A DNA stretch of 64,000 nt. Origin: an uncultured Spirochaetota bacterium. Lineage in GTDB: Bacteria; Spirochaetota; Spirochaetia; SZUA-6; CAVTHK01. Shown here one piece after another: positions 9,616 to 18,653 of the stretch; position 1 is the first letter of the stretch; each line of letters starts with the position of its first letter. The position numbers and the translations under genes are program-made. The stretch lies in the NCBI GenBank assembly GCA_963734495.1, contig CAVTHK010000005.1, forward strand, positions 64,001 to 128,000, given 5' to 3'. The notes beneath the pieces were generated by a model. The model saw only the letters and a list, made by a program, of their open reading frames with translations. It was not told the origin of the DNA and did not search any database.

Positions 9616-10354
9616 GCGCCAGCAGCACTCGAATGTTTTTCACGATCTCCGCTGGGGTGGCATCACCGCCCATGGCATAGCGGAGGTACCCGCGTTTGTC
9701 GACGAACCAAAATGGAGCGGAGTGACCGACTTCATAGCCTCCGCCGAAATCCTGCACCATGTCGCCAACCAAGCTGAGGTCGCCCTCTGAAAGGCCGTTG
9801 GTGACGCCGGTTGACTCGTCCGCCGTACCGCCAGAGGATTGACTCCCTTTCGGCGGAGGAGCCGAGGTGCTCGGGGCAACGGCGTCGGTGTCGGGATCGA
9901 CCGTGACACCTATTCCGTAGGCGGCCCAAACGGCCTGCACATCCTTGGCGGCACCTCCGACGAAATACCAAGCGTCATATAACCCGAGTGCCTTACTGTA
10001 GGCCGCCGTGACCGCCGGAGTGTCCCGCTTGGGGTCAGTCGTAACGGTAACAAACGCAACTTTGTCCGCGTCGCTTCCCAGCAGATCGTGCGCGCCTTTC
10101 ACCTTCACTGCCTCGAAGGGGCAAATGTCGGTGCAGTGAGTGTAGATGAACGACATTAGCACGACTTTGCCCCTCGTGTCGGCCATGCGAAATGGCGAGC
10201 CGTGCTGATCTGTCAGCGTAAAGTCTGCCGCCAGCACGGGGTGCTCGATCGCGGTGCCGCCCACTAGGCCCGCCACCGGCTGAGCCTTGTTTCCGCCCCC
10301 GCAGCACGTCAAGAGGATGCCGAGCATCGCCGCCGAAAGTTGCCAAATTCTCAT
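9608..10354 (-). CDS. SCO1/SenC family copper-chaperone-like lipoprotein
   Basis: FTLTDQHG, FIYTHCTDICP (CxxxC), TTDPKRDTP, conserved His in YEVGHS. Confidence 0.9.
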   Translation of the reverse strand: MRIWQLSAAMLGILLTCCGGGNKAQPVAGLVGGTAIEHPVLAADFTLTDQHGSPFRMADTRGKVVLMSFIYTHCTDICPFEAVKVKGAHDLLGSDADKVAFVTVTTDPKRDTPAVTAAYSKALGLYDAWYFVGGAAKDVQAVWAAYGIGVTVDPDTDAVAPSTSAPPPKGSQSSGGTADESTGVTNGLSEGDLSLVGDMVQDFGGGYEVGHSAPFWFVDKRGYLRYAMGGDATPAEIVKNIRVLLALR

Positions 10355-10819
10355 TACCCGTGCTCCTATGGTACCTGTCTTTCGCGGAGAATAAGCTCAT
10401 CATAGGACTGCTGAACGTCAAGCTTCCAACCACCACGGTGGCGTCACGTCAACGGAACCTCTCATTGGTAGACATTGGGACCGGGGTGGTCCTGGACGTT
10501 GGTCTGCCGCGGCTGGCCAACCGCAAAGCGCGGAGCCCGCTGAGCAGACTGGTGCAGAAGCTGCTTTCTTCGGCTGCCCTTGCCCCGAGCGCCTCGGCTC
10601 CTCCAGGCTCGGTCGCAGGGGTCCCAGAGCAGGGTTTGTGCCTGGGCGAGGGGCGCAGCCAGAGATGCTCGCGCGCCAGAAGCCATGTCCCGCACCCGCC
10701 CCAGCTCCTGCCGTCGCCGTCGTCTTCGTGTCCCGGTCGATGGCGCTGTCGTTCCGTACCCTCTGCGCTCCAGGATAGAGGCTGTGACAAAGCGCCATGA
10801 GTCGAGCATTCGGTTTCTC

Positions 10820-11090
10820 CTGGCTGCATTGCGCGGGCTAGGCTAGTCGGGGTGTCGCGCTGAGGATCCGTAGTCACCGCCACGACGGCCACCCGCTTCG
10901 CGTCCTCGCCTACGAGCTTCATGGCTTCCTTCAACTTGAAGGCGACACGATGGGCGAAGTCCGCGCAGTGTGCATAGACCAGCAGCCACAGCTTTTCAGA
11001 AAGCTCAAGACGACGATCTTCCGCCTCGCGTGCGCCATGCGGAAGGCCCTTCCATGTTGGTCGGTCAAGGTGAGGCCCGCAGGGGTTGGA
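10820..11090 (-). pseudogene. Degenerate SCO-family paralog fragment
   Basis: LTLTDQHGRAFRMAHARRKIVVLSF in one frame; YAHCADFAH...VAVVAVTTDPQRDTP in another. Second Cys lost. Resembles 9608..10354. Confidence 0.7.
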
Positions 11091-11303
11091 TGCTGAGCGA
11101 ACACGGCTTGCAGGCGTTCCGCAGTCGACGCTCCGTACGACAACGAGGGTGCCCAAGTCGCCGATGCGACCGGGAGAGCCCGACGAGCTTTGGGCCCGAC
11201 GGACAAAGTGCTGTTTGCAAGGTCGGCAACTCCTTGCACTTGGAGAACCCGTCAGTTCGGTTGTGAGTGCGCTCGACTCGAACGTCGTCCGCACGGGTGC
11301 GCT

Positions 11304-11744
11304 TTACCCTCGCTCCTGGCACTCCTTGCACAGGCCGAAGAGCGTGATTGAATGGTCGTCGATCTCGAAGTTCTCCCGCCTTGCGACGGCAGCGATCGCT
11401 TCGGACTCGAGGCAGAGGTCCAGCTCGACCACACGGCGGCACCTGGTGCAGAGGAGGTGGTGGTGATGGTGGTCGCTTTCGCAGAGGCGAAAGCCGTGCG
11501 TCCCGTCGGCAAACTCGATGCGATCCAGGACCTTCATGCGTGCAAGCTGCTCGATTGAGCGGTAGACGGTCGCCCGCCCGATGTGCGGGCTGGCGCGGCG
11601 CACCTTTTTCAGGAGCTCCTCGGCGGAGAATGCGGTTCCCTCGCGGCCGAGGCGGATCAGGTGCTTGGCGATGAGTCGGCGCGGCTCCGTCTGTCTCTGG
11701 CTGAGCTTGCGAAACGCCGCGTCGACCCGTTTTTCGATGTCCAT
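11304..11744 (-). CDS. Fur family regulator (Zur-like)
   Basis: IGRATVYR, HHHHHLLCTRC, DHSITLFGLCKEC; last gene of the metal ABC operon. Confidence 0.92.
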   Translation of the reverse strand: MDIEKRVDAAFRKLSQRQTEPRRLIAKHLIRLGREGTAFSAEELLKKVRRASPHIGRATVYRSIEQLARMKVLDRIEFADGTHGFRLCESDHHHHHLLCTRCRRVVELDLCLESEAIAAVARRENFEIDDHSITLFGLCKECQERG

Positions 11745-12616
11745 GGTCCCGTTTCCACTGCATCTTCGATGATAACCCGCGCGCCGCCACGCGCAAAGCC
11801 CCTGCGGGTTGCCGCGACGCTCGTGAAGTAGGTCACGGCAGCGAGCGCGGAAATGGTGAATCCCGCCGGCGGCTGGCGCCAGGGCCAGAGAAACGAAAGG
11901 AGAATGCCGCACGCCGTGATGCCGATTCCCAGCCCGAGGGACAGCAGCAGCGCGCGGGCCGGCCGCCGTTCCAGGCGAGTCGCGGCCGCCGCGGGCGCGA
12001 TGAGCAGGGCGGGCGCCAGAAGCACCCCTGCGGCGATCGCGGCTGCCGTTGCAGCCATGGCGAGGAGGATCAGGAAGACGGTGGAGACGAGACCGATGGG
12101 CACCCCCCGCGCCCGCGCGCCCTCCGGGTCGATCGTGGCGAAGAGGAGCGGCCGGAAGACGACCGCGAGCCCGCCGAGGATGAGCAACGAGATCCCGGTC
12201 AGGAGCTCGATGTCGGCCGGACGGACGCTGAGCAGCGAGCCGAAGAGGATGGACACCCCGGCGTTCGCGTGTGATGCACCGGCGTGAGCGTGGATGCTGA
12301 GAAAAAGCACTCCGAGACCGAGGGCAAACGAGACGACCATCCCGATCTCCACGCTACGCTCGCGCGCCCGCTCTCCCAGGGCGCCGAGTCCGATCGCAGC
12401 CCCCAGGCCGAAGACGGCCATCCCGACCCCGGGCGCGACGCCGAGAAGGGCGGCGCCGGTGGCTCCTGCGAAAGAGACGTCCAGGAACGACTCGGCGGCG
12501 AACGCCTGGGCGCGAAGCACGACGAAGTAGCCGACGAGCGACGACGTCACCGCAGCGATTGTTCCGGCGAGCACCGCGTTGCGAAACAGCTCCGAGGCAA
12601 GCAGCGCGAAAATCAC
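11657..12616 (-). CDS. Metal (Zn/Mn) ABC transporter permease
   Basis: GYFVVLRAQAFAAE, ILFGSLL, PLLFATIDPEGARARG. GTG start overlaps the upstream TGA. C-terminal overlap with the fur gene may reflect an indel. Confidence 0.88.
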   Translation of the reverse strand: MIFALLASELFRNAVLAGTIAAVTSSLVGYFVVLRAQAFAAESFLDVSFAGATGAALLGVAPGVGMAVFGLGAAIGLGALGERARERSVEIGMVVSFALGLGVLFLSIHAHAGASHANAGVSILFGSLLSVRPADIELLTGISLLILGGLAVVFRPLLFATIDPEGARARGVPIGLVSTVFLILLAMAATAAAIAAGVLLAPALLIAPAAAATRLERRPARALLLSLGLGIGITACGILLSFLWPWRQPPAGFTISALAAVTYFTSVAATRRGFARGGARVIIEDAVETGPWTSKNGSTRRFASSARDRRSRADSSPST

Positions 12617-13461
12617 GTCGACCCCCGTGCGAGACTGCCTCGACCACGAAGGGTTCGCGCGCGCCGACCCCGCGGCAAGAAGCGTGCAGGCAGGTAGACG
12701 GCGAATGAGAGCGTCGCGATGGCGAAGCTTACCGGCAGGCTCTCCGTGACAACGGCCGCGAAAACTCCGAGCCAGACGTATAGCAGCGCGAGACCGACCG
12801 AGAGGGCGATCGCAGCCCCGGGTCTGCGCACTATCCGGCTCGCCGTGGCGGGTGGGCCGACCATGAGTGTGAATACGAGGAGGGCACCCATGAGCTGGAC
12901 TGCGAGAGAGACGATGAGCGCGATCAGCGCAAGGAACGCCACCGAGAGAAAAGTGGTCGGGACGCCGCGCGCCTCGGCCAGATCGGGATCGAAGGTGGCA
13001 AACAGGAGCGGCCGGTAGAGAAAGGCGAGCGCCGCCAGCGTCACCAGCGCGGCGAGGACCGTGAGACGGGCCGCGTTCGCCGTGATGCCGAGTATGCTTC
13101 CGAAGAGGATGCCGTAGACCCGCTGAGCGAAGCCGGAGTAGAGGGCCAGGAACAGGAAGCCAAGACCCAGCGCGAACGTCATTACGACCCCGATCGCGAT
13201 GTCGCGCTCCCTCAGGTCTCTGCCGAGCAGCGCCATGGCGACGGCCGAGGAGAGCGTGATCGCGAACAGCCCGTAGACGGGCTCGATCCCCAGAAGCACT
13301 GCACCCGCGGCGCCGGCGAATCCGATATTCGGCAGGGCGTGGCCTGCGAACGTCGCGCGGCGCGAGATCATGAAGTAGCCGCTCGCCGCAGCTGCGACGG
13401 CAACGGCGGAGCCCGCGAGCAGCGCGTTCACGACAAAGGCGTAGCGCAAGGCGGCGATCAT
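12613..13461 (-). CDS. Metal (Zn/Mn) ABC transporter permease
   Basis: FAGHALPNIGFAGAAG, ILFGSILGI, PLLFATFDPDLAEARG. Confidence 0.9.
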   Translation of the reverse strand: MIAALRYAFVVNALLAGSAVAVAAAASGYFMISRRATFAGHALPNIGFAGAAGAVLLGIEPVYGLFAITLSSAVAMALLGRDLRERDIAIGVVMTFALGLGFLFLALYSGFAQRVYGILFGSILGITANAARLTVLAALVTLAALAFLYRPLLFATFDPDLAEARGVPTTFLSVAFLALIALIVSLAVQLMGALLVFTLMVGPPATASRIVRRPGAAIALSVGLALLYVWLGVFAAVVTESLPVSFAIATLSFAVYLPARFLPRGRRARTLRGRGSLARGST

Positions 13462-13466
13462 GGGCT

Positions 13467-14255
13467 CTAGATCCTGGCACCCATAACGAAGACCCTTCCG
13501 CCGGCCCTGACCACCTCGACCCTTGTGCCGTACAGGTCGCTCAGGGTCTCGCCCGTGATCACGCGATCGGGATGTCCACTGGCGCTCCTTCCGTTGGCCA
13601 GGTAGAGCACACGGTCCAGCTGGGAAAGCAGCGGGTTGACGTCGTGCGTCACGAAAAGGACAGCGGCGTGTCGGGTGCGCGAAACGCGCCTGATCAGGGA
13701 GATGATTTCCTGCTCCCTGCCGATGTCGAGGCCGGCGAGGGGCTCATCGAGCAGCAACAGCCGTGGCTCGCTCAGCAGAGCCTGGGCGATGAGCAGTCGC
13801 TGTCGCTCGCCTCCGGAAAGCTCTCCCATCGCCGCCTCGGCGAGCTCGCGGCCGTCCACCTCGTCGAGCACCGCGTCGATGCGCTGCTCGCGGGCCCGGC
13901 TCGGCCAGCCCGGTCCCCACCTGTGGCCGTCCCATCCGAAGCGCACGATGTCGCGCGCCCGCAGCGCCGTGTCGCCCTCGATGGCACGGAACTGCGGCAC
14001 GTATCCGATGCGGGCGTTGAGCCGTCCCGCGGGAGCGCCGAGGACCCGCACCCGCCCGCGGACCGGCCTCACGAGGCCGAGAACGAGCTTGAGCAGCGTG
14101 GTCTTGCCTGCGCCGTTCGGCCCGAGCACCGCCACCAGGTCGCCGTCTTCTATCGCGAAATTGACATCGGCGAGCACGATCCGCCCCCCGAGGTCGACGC
14201 GAACGTCCTCGATCGCGAGGACCGGCGCGACGGCGATCGCGGCGGCGTGGGTCAC
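13467..14255 (-). CDS. Metal ABC transporter ATP-binding protein
   Basis: GPNGAGKTT, IGYVPQ, LSGGERQR, LLLDEP, VTHD. Confidence 0.92.
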   Translation of the reverse strand: MTHAAAIAVAPVLAIEDVRVDLGGRIVLADVNFAIEDGDLVAVLGPNGAGKTTLLKLVLGLVRPVRGRVRVLGAPAGRLNARIGYVPQFRAIEGDTALRARDIVRFGWDGHRWGPGWPSRAREQRIDAVLDEVDGRELAEAAMGELSGGERQRLLIAQALLSEPRLLLLDEPLAGLDIGREQEIISLIRRVSRTRHAAVLFVTHDVNPLLSQLDRVLYLANGRSASGHPDRVITGETLSDLYGTRVEVVRAGGRVFVMGARI

Positions 14256-15151
14256 GGGGAGCCTCGATCCAGCGCCGCGGCGAGCGCGTCGAGCTGCTTG
14301 AGCATCCATGCCTGGTACGTCGAGCCCTGCGGCATCGTCTCGGTCACCCCGACCGTGGGGATGCCCGCCGCATCGGCGTCGCGCTGCACGCCCGTCGTGA
14401 TCGGAGAGACAGTCTGCTCGTTGTAGATCAGCACCTTGACCGTCTTCTGCCTGATCTGCTGCTGCGTTTCGACCACCGCGCGGGCAGGAGGGTCGTTTCC
14501 CTCGGCGATCGCCTTCTGAAACTCGAACGGGGTGATCACGTTCAGCCCGAGAGGCCCGGCCTGGTAGAGGAAGATGGTCTCCGTCAGTCCGACGGGCGCG
14601 CCCGCGTGGCGGGAGGCGATCTGCGCCATCCTCTCCCGAACAGGGTCGAGGGATCGCCGGAACGCCTCTTCTTTACCCGCGAACAGGGCGGCATCCGCAG
14701 GATCGATCTTGGCCAGGCTGCGCGCGATCGCGCCGGCGACTGCCTGTGCGTTGTCGAGGTCGTACCAGACGTGCTCGTTGTCGGGCAGCTGCTTCACCGC
14801 CAGGTCGAAGGCCTTGAGCACGATGCGCGAAGCTCGCGGCGAAGCAGCGAGGAGCCTGTCCATCCAGTCGTCATAGCCTCCGCCGTTCTCGATAACGAGA
14901 TCCGCGCCCGCTATCGCTTTTGCGTCCGCAAAATTGGACTCGTACTCGTGCGGGTCCACATTGGGGTCCGAGAGGATGCTCACGACGATGACCTTCTCGC
15001 CTCCCACCTGCTGAGCGATGCTGCCGTAGAAGTTCTCCGCCGCCACCACCGCGATCGGGTGCGACGACTGCGCACCCGCGTCATCCGCAGCGAGGCCAAT
15101 CAGGGCGCCAAAGGCCAAGAACAGCAAGAGCCGCTTCTTGTTCGAGCGCAT
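14252..15151 (-). CDS. Metal ABC transporter substrate-binding protein (ZnuA/TroA fold)
   Basis: Signal peptide, DPHEYE, NEHVWYD; RBS ggaggagg upstream. Confidence 0.92.
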   Translation of the reverse strand: MRSNKKRLLLFLAFGALIGLAADDAGAQSSHPIAVVAAENFYGSIAQQVGGEKVIVVSILSDPNVDPHEYESNFADAKAIAGADLVIENGGGYDDWMDRLLAASPRASRIVLKAFDLAVKQLPDNEHVWYDLDNAQAVAGAIARSLAKIDPADAALFAGKEEAFRRSLDPVRERMAQIASRHAGAPVGLTETIFLYQAGPLGLNVITPFEFQKAIAEGNDPPARAVVETQQQIRQKTVKVLIYNEQTVSPITTGVQRDADAAGIPTVGVTETMPQGSTYQAWMLKQLDALAAALDRGSP

Positions 15152-15223
15152 GCAGACCACCTCCTCCCTCAGGAGCGATAACAGTTCTGCCACCATTGAT
15201 ACTGATACATGATATCAACAGTC

Positions 15224-15244
15224 AAATGGAATATTGTCTCATTT
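15224..15244. promoter_or_regulatory. Candidate Zur/Fur box
   Basis: AT-rich imperfect palindrome AAATGGAATATTGTCTCATTT overlapping a TTGACT (minus strand, 15220-15225) upstream of the metal ABC operon. Confidence 0.6.
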
Positions 15245-15402
15245 CTGCCATCCAGGTCCGCGGATGGAGGCCGCTGGGTCGGCGTGCCGGCGGACGGGTC
15301 GATGCTTGCTCCCGAGCGCTGCATGCCAAAGCAGTATCTTTCCGGACAAGGTGATCGGGAGTGGGCCGGGCCCGCCGGTGCTCTCAGGAGGTTTCTCCCC
15401 CA

Positions 15403-15807
15403 ATGGCTCCGTTTTCGGTCGCTGTGCGGGGACAGATTCGGTCCTTGCGCATTCTCGACTGGATCGCGCTTGCCGCAGTCTTCGCCATCGTCCCGGCGTC
15501 GGGCGCCCTGTTCTGGCGTAACGCAGGTGCGCCTCGCGAAGTGCAGGTGCAGTCGGACGAGGGACAGTTCGTCTATCCTCTCGGCGTGAATCGGATCGTA
15601 ACCATGGAAGGGCCTCTCGGGGAGACGGTGATCCAGATTCATGATTCCCGCGTGCGCGTCCTGTCCGACCCCGGACCGCAGCAGATCTGCGTGAACCAGG
15701 GGGAGATTGCTCAACCCGGTCAATGGCTGGCGTGTCTGCCAAGCCATGTCTTTGTGGCAATCACGGGAGCCCCCGATCCCGACGCCGTCGACGCGGGCTC
15801 CTTCTGA
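15403..15807 (+). CDS. NusG domain II-like membrane-anchored protein
   Basis: One TM segment then EGPLGETVIQI...RVLSDPGPQQICVNQG...WLACLP; RBS aggagg. Confidence 0.75.
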   Translation: MAPFSVAVRGQIRSLRILDWIALAAVFAIVPASGALFWRNAGAPREVQVQSDEGQFVYPLGVNRIVTMEGPLGETVIQIHDSRVRVLSDPGPQQICVNQGEIAQPGQWLACLPSHVFVAITGAPDPDAVDAGSF

Positions 15808-15903
15808 GGTCTCACCGGTTCCGCTCCTGCGACACAGATGCGAGAGCCGTCGGCCATCCGGACGCATCGATCGGCACGGGCGCAGGCGTCAGGGCGCGCC
15901 GGC

Positions 15904-16497
15904 TCAAGATGTGAGCTTGTATCGGATAACCAGCTGGTCTGGCGGGTACTGGCCGGGCCAGTCCGCCTTCGCTTTGACCTGTTCGACCGACAGGGTCACT
16001 GAAAGGCCCTGACTCCCCTTGACCATGGCATCGCCGGGGTGCATGGGGTCGAAAGCGACGAAGTAGGTGTCGTCGTAGACGGTCACGCGGACCGTCTGCT
16101 GCTTTTTCGCGGCCGGGAGGTTCAGCGGCACGAAGAATGAGTACACGAGGTGGCCTCCCGCCACGCTCGGTGTGAAGCGTTCTATGCTAATCTTCGGTAA
16201 AAGTACATCGTCGAGGTAGAATGCCAGGAAGTAGTGATAGCTTTCGAGGTTGTCGAAGGCCTCCACCCTGATGTCGCCTGTCGTGCGCGCGCTGAAGCTT
16301 CCATCGGGGTTTGGCTTGTGGTCCTCAAGGATCATATCCGAGAACGAGTCATCGAACACCCAGCGAAAGATGATCCCTCTCAGCTCTTTCGCCTCGAAAA
16401 GCACCGTCATCTTGTTGTTGATGAATACGTGGGGATGCGCAAAGGCACTCAGAATCGTCGCGGTTGTGAAGACAACGACGGATGCGCACCTGGTCAT
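15904..16497 (-). CDS. DUF1007 family exported protein
   Basis: Signal ending AFA then HPHVFI, WVFDDSFS, VYDDTYF. Confidence 0.8.
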   Translation of the reverse strand: MTRCASVVVFTTATILSAFAHPHVFINNKMTVLFEAKELRGIIFRWVFDDSFSDMILEDHKPNPDGSFSARTTGDIRVEAFDNLESYHYFLAFYLDDVLLPKISIERFTPSVAGGHLVYSFFVPLNLPAAKKQQTVRVTVYDDTYFVAFDPMHPGDAMVKGSQGLSVTLSVEQVKAKADWPGQYPPDQLVIRYKLTS

Positions 16498-16762
16498 GCG
16501 GTTACCGTGACTCCGGGGCCTGCCTGCCGGCCAGCCAATCGACTGGAATATAGCGGTTGCCCTTTGAACCGCGAAGCGGCCCTTCCTGCCGAGCTTGTGA
16601 CCGGTCATGCGTGTCCTGAGAGTCGCTGATGCGGTCTACCTGGCTCCCCGGCGGTCAGTTCTGCTCCCGACTAGGACAGTGCGGGTGCGGTTGTGTTGAA
16701 ACTTGACAATTCTCATCAAGAATCCGACAGTGTACACCGAAAACAAATGGGAGGGGTGTCGA

Positions 16763-17800
16763 TTGAGCCACGGACAAACCGCCGTTGCGAACATGCGAGG
16801 CGCAAGGGCAGGGATGCTGTACTCCCTGGCTGCGGCCGTCGTAGTCTGGTACGCGTTCCATCCGGTGAGAATCGCATTTCTCAGCCGCCTTGCCATCACG
16901 GTCCTCTCGGTCACGGTCGAAGCGATGCCGTTCCTGCTGATAGGAAGCGTGGTTTCTTCGGTGATTCACCTCTACGTGCCCGAAGAGACGATCGCGAGGA
17001 TCATTCCCCGGAGTGCGATTGCTGGGGTGCTCTCGGCCTCGGTGCTTGGAATCGTCCTTCCGGTCTGCGACTGTGGGACCGTGCCGATCGTGCGACGGCT
17101 CGTGGCCAAGGGGGTACCGCTCCACGTGGCGATCACGTTTATGCTGGCGGTGCCGATGATCAACCCGCTCGTGATCTTCTCTACCTGGTTCGCCTTCTAT
17201 CAATACCCCCAGTACATCCTCTATCGCATCGGCTTCGGTCTGGGCTCCGCGATCGGGGTCGGGCTCCTGATGTCGCTCCTCGATGGCAAACGGCAACTGC
17301 GGGTCATGCAGAGGCTCGAGGCCGGCTACGCCCACGAGGAGCTCCACGATCAGCACGGCCATCACCACCACGAACCGGGCGGCCGTTTCCTCGACAGGCT
17401 GGCCGCCGTGATGGACCATGCGAGCGGGGACTTCTACGACATGGGTCGCTACTTTCTCGCGGGCGTTGTCCTCTCCTCGATCGTCCGGGTGATCATCCCC
17501 CAGGATTCCCTCTATGCGATCGGGCACAGTCCGATCCTGTCGATTCTCGTGGCGGTCGCCGCCGCCTACGTCCTTTCCGTCTGCTCGCAGGCCGATGCCT
17601 TCATCGCGCGCACGTTCATGGGCCAGTTCTCGCCGGGGGCGATCGTGGCCTTCCTGATCTTCGGACCGATGATAGACATGAAGAACACTCTGATGCTTTC
17701 GAGCGCTTTCAAAAAGCGCTTCATCCTGCTGCTCGTCGCGATGATTGCGGCGGCAAGCATCCTCTCCGGCTACCTGCTCAATCTGCGGCTGGGGGCGTGA
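16763..17800 (+). CDS. DUF318/YcgR-type permease with His-rich loop
   Basis: EAMPFLLIGS, LPVCDCGTVP, HEELHDQHGHHHHE, LSVCSQADAFIA, GPMIDMKN. Start is approximate. Confidence 0.85.
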   Translation: MSHGQTAVANMRGARAGMLYSLAAAVVVWYAFHPVRIAFLSRLAITVLSVTVEAMPFLLIGSVVSSVIHLYVPEETIARIIPRSAIAGVLSASVLGIVLPVCDCGTVPIVRRLVAKGVPLHVAITFMLAVPMINPLVIFSTWFAFYQYPQYILYRIGFGLGSAIGVGLLMSLLDGKRQLRVMQRLEAGYAHEELHDQHGHHHHEPGGRFLDRLAAVMDHASGDFYDMGRYFLAGVVLSSIVRVIIPQDSLYAIGHSPILSILVAVAAAYVLSVCSQADAFIARTFMGQFSPGAIVAFLIFGPMIDMKNTLMLSSAFKKRFILLLVAMIAAASILSGYLLNLRLGA

Positions 17801-17801
17801 G

Positions 17802-18653
17802 TTGGAGGATCTGAAAGCAGCGCCGACTCCGCCGGGTGACGGCCAGGACCCGCGGCCCAGCGGAGGGCCGACCCACCGCATCTGGTTGCTCGTGCTTGCG
17901 GGGTACTCCGTCTACTTCGGATACCTCCTTGGCTCCGGCAGGCTTCAAGACCTCGTGAGCCCCCGGATGACTGCATTCGTCCTCGTTGGATTCGTCATCC
18001 TGCTCCTCTTCGTCGCGGTCCGGTGCGCGGTCTTTCTCAAGAAGGCTCGGCCGCTTCCGCTCGGGCGCGGATTGATCCTCTTCTTCGTGCCGTTGTTTCT
18101 CGTGCCCCTCGGCGCAGCTTCCGACAGCGCTCTGCTCTCCGTAGACCGGGGCGTTTCACTGGAACAGGGTGACCCTCGACTCGATTTGACCACCAGATTC
18201 CAGGCCGCCGTCAACCCGTTCCTGCGCAAAGCCGCGCCGAAACCGGTCCCCCGCGACGGCGTCGTTCCCGTCCGTGGCCCGATCGTCCTGGACCGCAAGA
18301 ACTACTACCGGGCTTACCAGGAGCTCTACTCCGCCCCCGAGGCTTTCGCGGGCAGGACCATCCAGGTCACGGGGTTCGTCTACCGCCATTCGACAGGATC
18401 CGGCAAGCAGCTCATCATCGCCCGTGCGCTCATGTGGTGCTGCGCGGCCGATGCCGTCACGATCGGATTCGTCGCGGCATCCCCCGAAGCGACTTCCCTC
18501 ACGGACGCAAAATGGGTCTCCGTGACCGGTACGCTCGCGACGACCACCTACGTCAATCAGTATACTCACCTAGCGTCGATCGTTCCGCTCGTCCAGGTGA
18601 AACGGATTGATCGTATGAGAGGTCCTGACTTTGCTTTCGTCTTTCCCAATTGA
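17802..18653 (+). CDS. YcgQ/TIGR03943-type putative permease partner
   Basis: Three N-terminal TM segments, GRTIQVTGFVY, ARALMWCCAADA, WVSVTG; follows the YcgR-like gene. Confidence 0.8.
   Translation: MEDLKAAPTPPGDGQDPRPSGGPTHRIWLLVLAGYSVYFGYLLGSGRLQDLVSPRMTAFVLVGFVILLLFVAVRCAVFLKKARPLPLGRGLILFFVPLFLVPLGAASDSALLSVDRGVSLEQGDPRLDLTTRFQAAVNPFLRKAAPKPVPRDGVVPVRGPIVLDRKNYYRAYQELYSAPEAFAGRTIQVTGFVYRHSTGSGKQLIIARALMWCCAADAVTIGFVAASPEATSLTDAKWVSVTGTLATTTYVNQYTHLASIVPLVQVKRIDRMRGPDFAFVFPN

Noticed and set aside
10400-10800. Metal-sensing riboswitch upstream of the SCO gene
   Set aside because: Only a partial CTGAGCAG-like word was seen; the remaining conserved elements could not be found by eye.
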